The notes under the pieces were generated by a model that saw only the letters and a program-made list of their open reading frames with translations, searched no databases and was not told the origin of the DNA. From contig NC_043012.1 of assembly GCF_006345805.1 (NCBI RefSeq), positions 53,692,001 to 53,756,000 on the forward strand: a stretch of 64,000 nt of DNA, given 5' to 3'. Positions 38,748-53,560 of this stretch are shown piece by piece. The stretch comes from Octopus sinensis. Its lineage: Eukaryota. A program made the translations under genes and the position numbers. Every line of letters starts with the position of its first letter. Within the stretch, counting starts at the first letter, position 1.

Positions 38748-40070
38748 GTATCTTTTGTACGAAATTATGTTTTATCGGTCGAAATCAAAACATCCCCACC
38801 TTTAAGTTTAAAACAAAACACTAAACCCAGCCCGAGCAATTAGTTCATTACGTCTGCTTTCCCAAATTTTGCGTGGTCTACAATTCACCATCGGGAAGCT
38901 AGTTTGTCGCAGGATTGCTGATTATCGCCAGCTGCGTGGACTGGAGCAACATTAAACAAAGTGTTTTGCTCGGGAATCACTACAACCAGCTTGGTCCAGG
39001 AATCGAAGCCATAATCTTACGTCATGAGAACAATATAAATAATCACTAAACCACGCACCTCTACAATTCAGGTTTAAGAAATAATGAATGTAGCTCCTTT
39101 TGTTCATGACATGACTTTTAAAGGCGGCGATCTGGTATGATCGCTGGCGAGTCGGACAAAACCCTTCGTATTTCTCTCGCCTCTTTATAGTCTAGATTCA
39201 AATTCTGCCAAGACTGATTTTGCAGTTCATCCTTAAGGATTCAATCATGTAAGTACCAGTTGAACACTTAGCCCACCCTTATTTTTGCTGGTCTTGTGCT
39301 AAATTTTCCAATATTTGTTGACTTCAGTTTGCATGGATTTGTTCCGTCACTTTACATTGTGTGTCTAAATCCATTCGAAGTCAGCTTTACCTTCGGGTTC
39401 GACAAAATAAAGTACCAGTGAAATACTGTGATTGATGTTATCGACTGTACCCTTCTAAAAATTGCTATCTTTGTGCCTAAATTATAAGCAATTGTTAAAT
39501 TATTATTTCTCGGTGTTTGTATGGATAGAATAGTTGCAGCGTCTGGCACAATAACCTGCAGTATTAGTTCCGGCACTTTGCGTTTTGAGTCCAAATCGTG
39601 GTGAGGTTAACTTAAACTTTCGAACTTCCAGCTCGAAAATATAGGGTACCGGTGAAGTACTGAGTTCCATTTAATTAACAAACTACCCCCTTTCCCTAAA
39701 TTTTCTGGTATTGTGACTGCATAAGAAATGCTCGAGTTAGCAGTCGTTTTTTTCGTCTATTACATTTACTTTCACATAATTCTTACATAAATCGAATATA
39801 AATATACCGCAGTAGTAGATTTATTGTATCGGTCCCTTTTGACAAACCACTAAGTTACAGTGACAAAAAAATTCCATTATCGGTGGTCAAGTGGTGAGAG
39901 ACTACTCCAGACACAAAGATGCAGAAGCACACACATTAAAATAAGTACGAGGTTTAAACAGATAAATCGGTGGGTTAGGCTTGTGCGACTAGAACTCTCA
40001 AAGCCGTGCTCCAGAATGGCCGCTAGCACATGACTGAAACAAGTAAAAGAAAAGAATATATATATATATC

Positions 40071-40129
<59 letters not shown>

Positions 40130-40539
40130 GCACACATACACACATACACACACACACATGCACGTACACACACGACTAGATTCCACACGGTTTCCATTAA
40201 CCAATTTCACAAGGCATAAGTCATCTTGGAGAAAACTGGAGAAAACACTTGACAAAAGCAGTGAGGCCAGCTTGAATGTGAAACCACGTAGCAGCGAAAT
40301 GATCTTCTGTAACTACTGCTGATCAGTAAATTGATCAGTACATTGATCAGTAAATCTATCTATCTATCCGCTCCGTCGAAGTCGACTCTCGGTCACTCGT
40401 TGGATCAGTGTCCTCCAGTCAGTTCTATCCTGGGCCGCTTCTTTAAGATTGGCTATGTCCATTCCGGTATACTCTAAATAATGCCTCGTTTTAATATTCA
40501 ATTCAAAATACTATATTTTATGCAGTATTTAATATTCAG

Positions 40540-40796
40540 ACCACGAGCTACAAACAAATTCAAAGTTAATATCAACGTTGCGGCAATGAAAAATGTAAAG
40601 TTTGAACTTCGGTACCAGGAGTTATTAAGAAGAAAATTTGGTTTGTATCAACATTCTCTCTACGTGATCCCCCATCAACCTGTTCAAGATCTAAAAATAC
40701 AAGTCTATATAGAAGAATCTAAAGAAATTCGTACTCGGCGAGTATCACCTTTCTGCTTCATTGACACAACATCTTTTGAAGAAATACCAGCCTCAT
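40540..40796 (+). pseudogene. ITIH-like paralog B, VIT C-terminal exon (FKVNINVAA..VKFELRYQELLRRKFGLYQH...PHQPVQDLKIQVYIEE)
   Basis: Strong ITIH motif F.L.Y.ELL.R..G.Y; acceptor at 40539 (alternative at 40525), donor T|gtgaat. Confidence 0.85.
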
Positions 40797-41261
40797 GTGA
40801 ATATTATGTCACGAATGTTCTGTGTGGAAAAGGGGATTCATTTTTGATAAATATTTTCAGTAAATGCATACTTAAGTTTATCAAAGTATTCTATATTCGA
40901 TGGAAAATTTTTAATATAAATATTATCACAAGCATTCTATATATAAAATATATCTCTAAGAATCCTTTTCAAACTAGAAAGATCTACAAAGTTACTATAG
41001 GCCCACTGGCTTTTCGTTGTGTATATATGTATATATGTCTCAGAATTGACCGGATCAAAACGTACCTGACCTGATCTTCTGTGAGCCATATAAAGCAGTC
41101 TAATCTTTTCAGAGTTAATCTGTCGGTGATTAAACTGGTTATGTGAGAAATAGACGGATATTTAAGCTGTCCAAAGAGACTATACGTTTGCATCATAGAG
41201 AGCATATACCAGCCATTCAAAAAGAAAAATGTTAATTTCCCTTAAACATTTATCATTTTTA

Positions 41262-41378
41262 AGCCTAGTAATTATTCCATCAGTCTCTTTTGCCGAATAG
41301 CTAGGTTACGGGGATCTTGATGCACCAGCATCGGTTGTCAAGCGATGGTGGGGGGACAAACACAAACACATACACACA

Positions 41379-41445
<67 letters not shown>

Positions 41446-41603
41446 CGGGTTTCATTCAGTTTCCGTCTACCAAATCCACTCACAAGACTGGTCGGCCCAA
41501 GGCGATAGTAGAAGATATTTGTCTCAGGTGCCACGCAGTGGGACTGAATCTGGAACCATGTGGTTGGGAAGCAAGCTCCTTACCACATAGCCACGCCTGC
41601 GCC
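41262..41603 (-). mobile_element. SINE family 1 (3'-truncated)
   Basis: Head GGCGCAGGCGTGGCTATGTGG on minus. Confidence 0.85.
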
Positions 41604-41901
41604 TATATATATAGGATTATGAATTGTTACAATTGAATAACTGCTTTAGTGTGTTTCGTGTGTTTTGGGGCGGGTAGTATGAGTCTTCCACGCTGCAATC
41701 GTTTTACTTCCAGCATACACTCTCAGATCAAACAACTTGCCTGGCGATTGCACCTCCGAAAATTATTACACCCGTCTACAATGTCGAATTTACTCAACAA
41801 AACGTCAATACTCTCCAATAAACCTACAAATGGAGCTGGGCCTCATTAAGACTTTTGAATCGAACATTCCTGATTCTCTTGGCATCCCTGCAACTGATTG
41901 T

Positions 41902-42341
41902 GGATCTTTTCGGTTTGAACGGCAGTTTTTTAAAATAATTTCCACGTAACTAAACACTTTTAAACTTCGTATACTAGTAGAATGCGTTTATAAAACATCT
42001 TTTTCTCTTAGCTCTATTGAGAACATTCTATCGTTTGTAAGATATTTGTTGTTGTTTTTTCTTCAATTTTTGCAGTGACGTCTATTGAGTTAAAAAGCAT
42101 TCTGTGCCGTATGAATATGTCCCTCGTTTAAGAAACAGATTGGGTTTATTTACATTTCTGAAGAAAAAAGATGCCCTTCCCCCTACCCCTAACCCTAACC
42201 CCAACTAGCCCTAACTAACCCTAACTAACCTTAACCCTAAAACAGATTGAAATGCAATAGATCGATACTAGGGTCATAATTATGGGGGACAATTTCATAT
42301 GACACTGCTAGAAAAAAGTGCCGTTCAAACCGAAAAGATCC
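41902..42341 (+). mobile_element. Telomere-repeat MITE, perfect 8-bp TSD CTGATTGT
   Basis: TIRs; TSD at 41894-41901 and 42342-42349. Confidence 0.92.
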
Positions 42342-42865
42342 CTGATTGTCTCTCTCGGACGCACTAAACTTGCTTCTTGCTAACCCAGAGATACATAAGC
42401 GGTAGTAACCCCTTGATAATTGTGAGGATGTCCTAAGGTGGCATAAAATACTACTGGCAAAGATTATCATTGTCTCCTGTTTAGCATCGTTAGAAACAAC
42501 ACATCCGTGTCGTCTTTCTTAGTCCAACCCAGTTACCGGAAATTGGAAAAAAAATCAACTATGATATTCTAATTCGTATGGGTTATCAACTATGATAGTA
42601 TGATAGGGGACATCAGCTGTGAGGGAAATTGAACCATTATCTGAATAGCGTCACAAAACCATAACGAAATTACGATGCTCGAGAATCCAGTGTGGGGGAC
42701 ACAAACGTGTGCTTAAATAACGTTATAAATATTTAGAGTGACATAAGGAAGCAGCGTCAAGCATATTAGGAACACACGTAAAAATGTCTACAGGTCAAAA
42801 GAGGCATTTCTAAATTCATGACCGCAAACCTGAAAGACTTGTGTGTGTATGTTTGTGTGTGTGTA

Positions 42866-42903
<38 letters not shown>

Positions 42904-45900
42904 TGTGTGTGCCTGCTTGTGTGCGTGTGTGAATGTTTGTGTATGCCTGATGGTGCTTGTGCGTGTGCTTGCACGTCGTAGCTGTCCAGGTCACAGAAAA
43001 ATATTGGTTTTTCTACAAATCGGTGTGAAGTTAGCAGATAATTCGAATCTGACCGAGACACCGAAAAATCTGCTGCCGATCAATATTATAGTATAATATA
43101 GAAGTCATTTCTTGACATGTTATTGTAATTAGTGAAGTTTTAATTAATTTTTCTGTAAATCTTACAATGAATAGATCTAAAGTAAAAACTCTAGAGAAGT
43201 GATAGTTCAGACAATACTGAACAGCTTTAGAAAAATTAGATGGAGGAGAATTATTGATGTGGAACCAACTAATAATGGGTTGAGTAATTCCAGGATTCAT
43301 TAATTCCAACCAACCGCAGATATAAACAATATGTTTGTAGAACCAGTGATTAGGCAATGGAAGAATCCCGCTGTTGTTGCCTAACAAGTTAGTCTTGATC
43401 GAGCGGAGATATTATCAAAGGGATTTCAGATTTTATTGTCCAGATATCCTGACAGTCAGATGTAACTTTGACCTTATCTGCAGATAACCTGGGAGTGTAT
43501 TACCTTAAGGATACTTTAGATACTATAGCACTTGGTGTGAGTTGGTGGGATTTTGTAGCTATTTCTAGCATCTCTTGTGACCACGTAGAGGTTTCTTTGA
43601 TGTAGAAGTTACCACATTAATCGTAGTTGTAGGCGCTTTGGTCACAAACGATATTGATATATTTCTGGAGTCGTGGCATTACACTTCACAACTCTCCGTC
43701 GCTCTCTCGCAATATGCTGATATAGCTTGTAAACCATGTACAACGCACTCCTCAGCACCCGTTTGTTACAATACTAGGGAACATAAAAGAGTGATGTCCA
43801 TATATCAAACAGAAATATAAATTAAGTGATATTATTTCCCGATTCGATATTATTTCCTGATTAATAGTATGTCAATTTATTTTATTAAAAATTACTAGAA
43901 TTCAAATTATTTTCAAATCAGCCTAGAAAAAGACGAGAAGGGCAGAGTGGAAACCAAGCATCAAAATGATATACAATTAACTCCACTAAAGTTAAACAAC
44001 ATTTGTCTTATTAGTCTGTTAGTCTTATCGTTGTTGACGATGTTGCAGTTGTTGTTTCGCTAGGGTTAATCATTGATCAAGCAAACCTATGATAAGCACA
44101 TCCCAGCCATGCCACTCCCCTCTTTACTTTTGTCACAAAGTTTATCTGGGACTATATTATATCCAATGTGACCATCCTCTCTTAAGATGGCAGGGTGTTA
44201 TTACGAGAGGTAACCATCCTCTCTTAAGAGGACAGGGTGTTATTACGAGAGGTTCCACTACTATTATAATATTGACCATATATTATCAATGCAGATACCC
44301 AGAAAATAAACACCAAACAAAGATTAGAGATCAAAGCGTTCACAATGTATTGAATATAATACAATATAATAAAATTATTCATTTCTGAAGGAGAATTTGT
44401 TCGAGCAAAATGTCTGTGTTTTACACCTGCATCTATGAACATTCATAATCTTCTTACACATTTACATATTTAATTGTTTATAGAATGTAACGTATGTATC
44501 TTAGTAAATGAGATTTTCAATTTTGTCAGAATTTGGTTTACAACAAATTTAATGTTTCAGCTATTCCATGAGTTGCAACAACGTGACTATGAAAGTTTCG
44601 AAATCTAATAATCTTGCAGCTAATTCTGTGTATACTTGTTATATGGGCTTTATTGGAAGCTGAAGTTTTTCGGATTTCATTTGTTCTATATTTGTTTGGT
44701 GGATATTTTGAAGAGAGATATAACTCCAATGGATGAAGGTGGTTGTAGCAACAAGCTATATTCCTTGCACCTTCAAGTGACCTTTTGTTTGCAATATTTT
44801 TGTTCAAAAGTGTAATTGATCTGTGAATATGGTTTATGTACACACTGTTATGATTCAAGGTGCAATGTTTTGCGTCTGTTGTAGTGTAGTCGGCGAACTG
44901 TTGTGGGGAGGATGTTGGCTCCTGATAGGGGTACCATAATCAATGATAGATTTAATGTACTACTTGTACATTTTTGCCGCCTTCATCTGAAGGTTCAAGA
45001 CATTAACTGACAGCTCCGTGAATGTTTTTCCATCGTTTATTTTTCCTTTACCATTTTCTGTATTGTGAGTGTTATGGTAAGATGTTACACAACTCCCAAT
45101 ATTTGTTTCCTCTGTTTATGTTATATGCGTATATTGTGGAGTGTTATGACTGCTTATATTTATTGTTTTCTGGTGTCGTGTAAGCAGCGAGACCGTAGAT
45201 TTGGCAGATGCTACTTTTAAGTTTATTGTGGTGGTTACACATTTCTATATGATTTAAATGGAGCCGGAGTTCTTGCACAACAGTGTTTAGAGAGTAATGT
45301 GAGGATGTGTGCGTGTAATGTCATCACGGTATCAGACAACTTATATGATTTGGAAAATGTGCAAAAGTAGTGTTGTATAGGACGGTTCTCTATGAAATTC
45401 CATTCCGGAAATTACAAGTTTTGGAAATGCCTGTTCTTATATACAGTCTTGGCAGCCTGACAAATAATTTTCTAGCCGGTGCTTTGCGTTGATACAAAAA
45501 GTAAGGTTTAGTATTTTTACATGTGTGGATAACAAGTAATGGAATGAAAAACTTTGTTGATGTTCATGTTAGTTAAACTGATACGTGTGAAGATGGATTT
45601 CTGTTTGCACTGTAGAAAACATCTTGTATCTTCAATTAAGTTTCTAACGGAATGGCCTAAATCATTTCTATATTTGAAGCAAGAAATGCTTGAGATGCGA
45701 GTGATTTACCTTACTAAAAATTTTGAGTTTATGCGTGCATAAGAGGGAGATTGTTGAAGGTGATAGCTTTGTATTGCAAATGTATTTTATGTAGACCTGT
45801 GACGTTAGGAAGGGAGATAAACGTGATTCCAGATTACATATGTAAATGTTACATGGAATTTTTGAGGGGATACAGTAAACTTAATAAGATCCCATATAGA

Positions 45901-46388
45901 TTTTAGGATTTGTTTTGTACATATTTGTAAATTCTGCCATTCACCAATGACGTTAAGATGTACGCAGAAAAGTAAAGTTTTGTCCGATTCTTTCTTTCTT
46001 TCCTTTTGAAGACTATGGCCTAAAATTTGAAGATGATTTGGATGAAATTTCTAGCGACTTCATAGAGGGTATTTTTCCCTTAAACTAGTATTCACCATAG
46101 AAATTCCTTTCGGTTCATTATCTGTTTGGGTTTATCACCCTACCTCACTATTTTATATCGTTACTTAAAACATTGAGACTCAAAACACTACTGACAATTC
46201 TAATAGAATAAAGAAATTTTAATGAATTAACAATAAAGCCAACATTCTCCTCAGAAATATCATAATTCATAGGGTCTCCTTAATCAATATAAATTGTCCT
46301 TCGGTATCTATCTCTTTGGGAACCATTGTTTTCGTCCTCACAACATTACCAAATTATGATTTTGACTCACGCATTTCTGTCTTAATTA

Positions 46389-46735
46389 CATGTTGATAAC
46401 GATACGCTAACCAATAATCAGTTCCACAGATATTTCAACGGTATAGAAACGGTAACAGCTGGAAAACTGACGGATAAGACGCTTCGAGAATTACATGGAA
46501 TATTGTTGGCAGCACAAGTTCTGGCGATGTTGATATTGAAGAAACAACTGAAGCGCTCCAATTGTCCGATGAAGGCATAAGAGAAAGCTTGTTATCTGAT
46601 GAAGACGTAAAAAGCATTCCAGAGAAACTGTGGGCATATCTGACAATCAAACAGATTCTAAATCAAATAACTGCCAGTGACAACCAAACGGAGAAAGATG
46701 AGTTGAAGAATCGTGCGATTGAACTGTCCTTAAAG
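46389..46735 (+). pseudogene. ITIH-like paralog B, post-vWA exon, 5'-truncated and frameshifted
   Basis: HVDNDTLTNNQFHRYFNGIETVTAGKL, frameshift near 46498, then EKLWAYLTIKQIL...AIELSLK|gtaaga; no acceptor before the homologous start. Confidence 0.85.
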
Positions 46736-47520
46736 GTAAGACTGGAAACTTTACTTACGATCTCTTTGTTCAAGAAAGGAATATATTTCAAGAGGTTTAT
46801 GTCTCTCCCAAGCTTGCCAATTGAGCAATGGATATTAATTGTCATCAAAGTATAATCGAAATAGTGCCCAACGTTCAATTTTACTTCATATGCAATATTG
46901 ATTAAATTTCAATTTAAATTAATGATACTTTTGTCAAATTGGGTGAACGTTTATACAAGATAAGCGGGATGCTGTAACATTAATGCCTACTCTAAAGGCA
47001 TTAGTGACATAAAAGAATGACAGTAGCATCCTCCGAAAAATGGAGATGGCATCACAGCCTGGTGGTAGCTTACAATTTATTCTATATATTTGCATGCACA
47101 CACGTGCGCCTAAGTGAATATGAATGTTCATCATCACTGCGCATTCTCAGTTCCCCCATTTTCGTTGTGAATGGACGGAGGTGATATGCTTATTGATTTT
47201 TGACGTTTGGTATGGAGGACGAAACAATATTTTCTCATTAACCACGAAACTGCAACCGTCAATGCGACTAGTGTCCTTCCACAAATGGCACATCCTGTGA
47301 ATCACTTTTGAGCTCGGTGCATATGTTGTTGCTCATTCTTCAAGATTTTTCTCTGCATTTCTGGATGGAAATACCTTTCGACATTTTATAAATGGAAGGC
47401 ACTCTACAAGTGTAATTGCAATAGAAGGAATTACATGGCTACCAATTATCATTATCGTAACAAACCCCAAGGAAATAACAATGTTCTATGTTCTAGCACA
47501 AAATCCGCTTTTAAGTGGGG

Positions 47521-47525
47521 ATGAA

Positions 47526-47559
<34 letters not shown>

Positions 47560-47584
47560 TATTATTATTATTACTACTACTACT

Positions 47585-47628
<44 letters not shown>

Positions 47629-47933
47629 TATTATTATTATCATCATCATCATCATCATCATCATTACTATTAGTATTCGTTTTCCTTCATTCAGTTTTGC
47701 TTCCATTTCTTGCCAAGTGTCATCTCGACTCCTAGGGCAAAGAAACTCGTTGTATACACTGATTGATCATTAAATTAAGCACATCAGATTGTTCATTTTC
47801 AAAATGAAATGAAGTTATGTTGGGGGAAAATTAGAATGTATGAGTGGTAATCGCTCTCATACCAACTATGCTCATATTATTATTATTATTATTATTATTT
47901 ATTATTATTATTATTATTACTACTACTACTACT

Positions 47934-47967
<34 letters not shown>

Positions 47968-48222
47968 TATTATTATTATTATTATTATCATCATCATCAT
48001 CATCATCATCATTACTATTAGTATTCGTTTTCCTTCATTCAGTTTTGCTTCCATTTCTTGCCAAGTGTCATCTCGACTCCTAGGGCAAAGAAACTCGTTG
48101 TATACACTGATTGATCATTAAATTAAGCACATCAGATTGTTCATTTTCAAAATGAAATGAAGTTATGTTGGGGGAAAATTAGAATGTATGAGTGGTAATC
48201 GCTCTCATACCAACTATGCTCA

Positions 48223-48270
<48 letters not shown>
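47521..48270. repeat. Tandem duplication, ~350-bp unit bounded by (ATT)n
   Basis: Unique part 47661-47874 reads identical to 48009-48222. Confidence 0.9.
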
Positions 48271-48274
<4 letters not shown>

Positions 48275-48813
48275 GAGTGAGAGCGCAGTGCATGCCGTCA
48301 AAAGGACAGTGGGCTAAAGCTTACGAAGCCCAGTATACCCATCATGAGTACCGGTGTGATGAAGGTACGCCAGGCACATGTATCACAACCATATGTGCCC
48401 GATATGGCGCTCTCATATCAAGATATAGAGCGCATTACGTTTCAGGTTAGACCCATTTAGAATTTTCTTCAGGTTGAGTGGCCCATCCCGCTCAAAAGGG
48501 TCCCTGAATTAGGGTTAAAGGATGATATACGAAACAACCATGCTTCCAGAGGTGAATTATTCCAACCCCAAAGAATTCCTCTGGACACATAGCTATAATG
48601 TTCCCAACTACTTCTGCTCGTGATCAAAGACGCACATATCTTCAGCCACTAAGGGACATGCTCAACTACTTAAGGTCAAGCAAATAACAAGCAAATCTGT
48701 AGTACTGAACAGAGTATTTGCTGTAGCCCATTTTTACACCAAGACAAAGCATGTACATATATTTCCAATCAATGAAGATTAGAAGCCATTGGAACCAATG
48801 CCTGGTATTGCAT
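48275..48813 (-). mobile_element. (AAT)n-associated ~560-bp element
   Basis: Aligns with the other copies; (ATT)n on both flanks. Confidence 0.88.
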
Positions 48814-48827
48814 TATTATTATTATTA

Positions 48828-48917
<90 letters not shown>

Positions 48918-50163
48918 TAATAATAATAATTTATGAATTTATTTCTTTTCATAAATACGTATATGTTATTGTTTTAGTTCAAAGCTTAATTCTCGGTTGT
49001 TGGCAATCTCTAAATGCAATATTGAAATATTAAGTGCAAGAATTAATAGAAAATATGTACGACGAGATATATCATTATCATTATGAAAAAAAATCATAAA
49101 TATATTATCTCAACCAAACATTTCTGCGTAGAAAATTGTATGTTTTAACACAACACTCCTTTCCTCGTTTAGATCAGTTTATAATGCATTAGTTATAATT
49201 GACGGTATTAACTATATTGCCTAACGCTTTTCTCTTCATTAAATGCCAAAAATTATATGGTGTCAGTAAAGAATACATTTTCTTCATATTTTAAGGCACG
49301 GATTGAAATAACTTTACATTTTTATACATTATATAATTATCGGTTGCGCTGGTTAAAGATTTTCTAAAATAAAATCGCGTTTTTTTTTTTGTTATTTTAT
49401 TTTTTTGTAATTCCTCATGCCCAGTAAGGGTTACGATTCTATAAAACTATTCGAAAATCGATTAAACAAACTTCAAGTCGGCTGACATTTTTTTGCATTA
49501 AAAAAAAGCAACGCAATTCTAAGCTAATAATTAATGATTATAGAGGAAAAGAGTGATGATTCGGCATCACTCCAAATGCCATAGAGTATTTAGCTATTAA
49601 ATTCATGTTTTGTTTTCATGGATACAAATGGCGTTCAATCATTATATTTTCCCTCTACTAATGTTTTTGATTGTATCAGTATAAAGAAAGAACAGTACCT
49701 TTATTCTTGTTTAATACTGTGGTATCTAGATTGAAATTTCAGCAGATAGACCTTAAAAGATAATGACAAAAGATGAAATATACTGTTTGAAACAAATAAA
49801 TTCGGCCTGTCCTCCTTTCTTATTCTGGTTTGCTTGTATATAATAACTGCACCTTTACACGAAAAGCTATTCTCTTATGAAGCCTCCTTGACTTTAGAGA
49901 CAGACATTATAATTTTGAGCGCAGACAACTAAATACTACAGCAACGGGGCTTTGGAATAAACAGTACTCCGTAGAACCCAATTAGTAATCAAGTTTCATG
50001 GAACCTACCTATCTTACAGAGGATGGTTACTATTGCAGTAAGCAGAACTTTCAGAATGAAGGTGAATTTTGACACTAATTGCTCATTTTGCTAATTCTTT
50101 GTAATGATTGCTCTAAAGCTCTCTGTTCTAATTCCTAAGGTATTTTCGATGTTATTATTATTA

Positions 50164-50719
50164 TGTGAGAGAGCAGTGCATGCCATCAAAGTGACACTGG
50201 GGTAAAATATACGACGCCCAGTATACCCATCATGACTACCCGTCTGATAAGGGTACACTAGGCACATGCATCATAACCATATGTGCGCGATATGGTGATC
50301 TCATATCAAGATAAACAGCGCATGACCTTGCAGGTGGGGCCCAGTTAGAATTTTCTTCTGACCGAGTAACCCATCCCACTCAAAAGGTCCTTGAATAATG
50401 GTTGTTTAAAGGTGTTGAACGAAACACCCATGTTTCCAGAGGTAACTTATTCAAACTCCAAAGAATCCCTCTCAACCCATGGCTATGATGCTCCCCCACT
50501 ACATCTGCTCGTGCTCAGAGATGCACATATCGTCAGCCACTAATAAGGGACATGGTCAACCGGTTAAGATCAAATAACTAACAAGCAAACTGTGGTATTG
50601 AGCAGAATATTTGCTGTAGCCCATCTTTTATACCAAGACAAAATAATGTACATGATAACACTTCCAATCAATTAAGATCAGAAGCGATGAAAGCCACTGC
50701 CTGGTACTACATTAGGGCA
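50164..50719 (-). mobile_element. (AAT)n-associated ~560-bp element, full length
   Basis: TTATTAT|GTGAGAGAGCAGTGCATGCC...CATTAGGGCA|TTTATTATT. Confidence 0.9.
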
Positions 50720-51625
50720 TTTATTATTATTATTGTTCAGGTCACTGCTTGGAATCGAAGTCGGAATCTTGGGGTTAGTAGGCCGAGCTCTTAACCACTA
50801 CGCGATATGCCCGTGGAATGAGAACCCAGGTTCGAAATTTCCCCAAGACATTCGAAGAAGGCTGAAGGGTATATCCACCGAAATGTTGTGTTAACAACAA
50901 ACAATATGAGGACAGATATCTGTTGAATGTAAATAATGTAAATAATGCAGAAATATTTTTAACGATAGAAACAGTTATAATTTTAGGATGATTTGAGCTT
51001 TTACTTACGTATTTAAGGTTATCATTGGGTTTGTGGAACAGTTGATATTCTTTCGTTAGATAAGCACGAGTTTCTCGTTGCGCATATTAATGCTTTATCA
51101 GATAAAATTGGGTCAATCGATGTATATTAAGTAGATATGTCTAATTTTATGAATTTAGTGTGTTTTTTATCTCTAATATAAGTAAACCGATCTATAACTT
51201 CATACAAATTGGGCCATAATTTAACTCTCAATTTCTAAGTTTAGGTACGTGTTTTTCAATAATAAACTTACTAATTCTGCCTACATCCGATTTTGAAGGC
51301 CATATAAACCTAGCCAAAAGATTGGTAGTCACGTTAGAATTATGGTCCTTCAGATGAATTCTAGGAGTTCTATGAAAGTAAGGTTCTGTTCGTCTTCTAA
51401 ATGCAATCTCTATATGTTTTTTTTTTTGCTTTTTTTTACCTGTAAATTTCCATTTTGTAGGATATTTTTAGAAGTAACCTTATAATTTTTCAGAATTTCT
51501 TTCCTCATTAAAGAGGAATATAGATTATTGTCAATAAAAACCGGAAATGTATTCCAAGAGTTTTTAAACATACACTCACACACACTTACACACATACATA
51601 CACTCACACACACATACAAACACGC

Positions 51626-51658
<33 letters not shown>

Positions 51659-51679
51659 TATATATATTCTTTTTTTATT

Positions 51680-51990
51680 CTTTTATTCTTTTCCTTGTTC
51701 AGTCATTTGAACACCGCCTTGAAGGGTTTTAGCCGATCAAACTGACACCAGGACTTATTTCCTTAAGCCTAGTACTTATTCTATCGGTTCTTTTGCCAAA
51801 CCCCAAGATTAAGGGGACGTAAACACACCAGCAACGGTTGTCAAACGTTGATGGCGTGACAAGAACAGACACAAACACAAAGACACATAGATATATACAT
51901 ACATATACATACGATGGGCTTCTTTCAGTTTCTGTCTACCGAATCTAGTCACAAGATTTTGGGTCGATCAGAGGCAATAGTAGAAGGCAC
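51680..51990 (-). mobile_element. SINE family 1, partial
   Basis: Tail and body motifs on minus. Confidence 0.75.
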
Positions 51991-52510
51991 TTTATTGAAC
52001 GTGACAGTTTGTACGTATTTTGCTTTCAATGCACACAGCCAGTCTACTTATGACATACACCGCTTTAAAACTTCTCTTTTCCTGTTTCATTTATCTTAAA
52101 AGAAAATAATCAGCTTGAATCATTTAACATATTGTTATTTCGTTTTTGTATTTGGTTTGCAAGATTCTTTATATGATTTCGTGTGTTGAAGCTTATTCTG
52201 TTGTGTCTGGGGAGAGTCATTTTCTGTTTGTGCCTTATAATTTAACACATTCACCGGTAAAATTTCCACTTATTTTTTATTTTTAGTTTCCTAAAATTTT
52301 CTTTGCGTCTTGCAACCTTTTCAATAGTCTTGTTGTTTCTAATAAAAAATAAATTATTTGCTTCTAACTGATGTGCATTATAACAATCATATATGTGTGT
52401 ATGCATGCATGTATGTATGGATATATGTATGTATGCATGTATGTGTGAATGTATGTGTGTATGTATACACGACAAATACTAATTATAATTTTTCAAATTT
52501 TTCTTTTCAG

Positions 52511-52534
52511 TGAAACAGAAACCTCCGCTTAGAG
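52511..52534 (+). pseudogene. 24-nt micro-exon paralogous to 558-581 (xKQKPPLR), GC donor
   Basis: cttttcAG acceptor, AGAG|gcatgt; the downstream intron aligns without gaps to 582-628. Confidence 0.55.
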
Positions 52535-52958
52535 GCATGTATGACAACATATATATCCTAAATAGTTTTTAAATATTTTTCTCTAGTGACATTCTCTTCC
52601 GTATTTTTTCTTTTGTTTCTACAAAAGTAGTCCATACAATTTATCATTAGTTTTAAATACGTTTTTAAAAGAGCTTTTCTGCCTGAAATTCTCATTACAG
52701 CATTAAGCAAAACATATTAAATGTTATTTCATTCCGCAAGACACAATCAAATGAATCTGCTGGTTAAAGGGGAATTATTTCTGTATTGGAATGAAGAAAA
52801 AAGAAAACGACTATTTCCGTAAGGAAATTCTTATTTTGCATATAACTGGGAAAATAACAAGACTGCACCATGTTAATTGCATTAACATTTGTTTTTCTTA
52901 TATGCATATATAACTATAAACATTTATATATATATATATATATTATATATATATATAT

Positions 52959-53033
<75 letters not shown>

Positions 53034-53488
53034 ACATATCTATATGTGTGTATATATAATATATATATATATATGCATGTGTCTGTGATTGTACAAACAC
53101 ACAGACGTAAACCTATACATACCTTTATATAGACATGCAGTTTTGTAAATATGCATGCACACACACATGCATACATATATATATAGACATGCGCATATAT
53201 GTGCCTGTGTGTGTGTGCTACGTTTGCATATTATATTTATGTATATACGTGTGTGTATATGTATATATATGTATATATATATTTGTATGTATGTATATTT
53301 GTATGTATGTATTTATGTATATATATGTATATATATATATATATATTTGTATTATGTATTTATGCATATATATATATATATGTATATATATATACATAAA
53401 TACATACATACAAATATACATACATACAAATATATATATATATATATATACATAAATACATACATACATACAAATATACATACATACA

Positions 53489-53560
<72 letters not shown>

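Noticed and set aside
41670-41890. Possible next ITIH exon or zf-RVT fragment (QIKQLAWRLHLRKL)
   Set aside because: No match to the expected ITIH sequence; too short to assign.
44500-46000. Repeat-poor block considered as missing vWA exons or a decayed Gypsy integrase on minus
   Set aside because: No MIDAS motif; only vague CxxC and SYH-like words, and no sustained frame.
49896-50037. Candidate exon with AG acceptor and gtaagc donor
   Set aside because: Stops in all three forward frames; no ITIH similarity.
50845-50895. Hammerhead-like relic (TCGAAGA-AGGCTG..CCACC-GAAATGTT-GTGT)
   Set aside because: Core and helices are too mutated to call.
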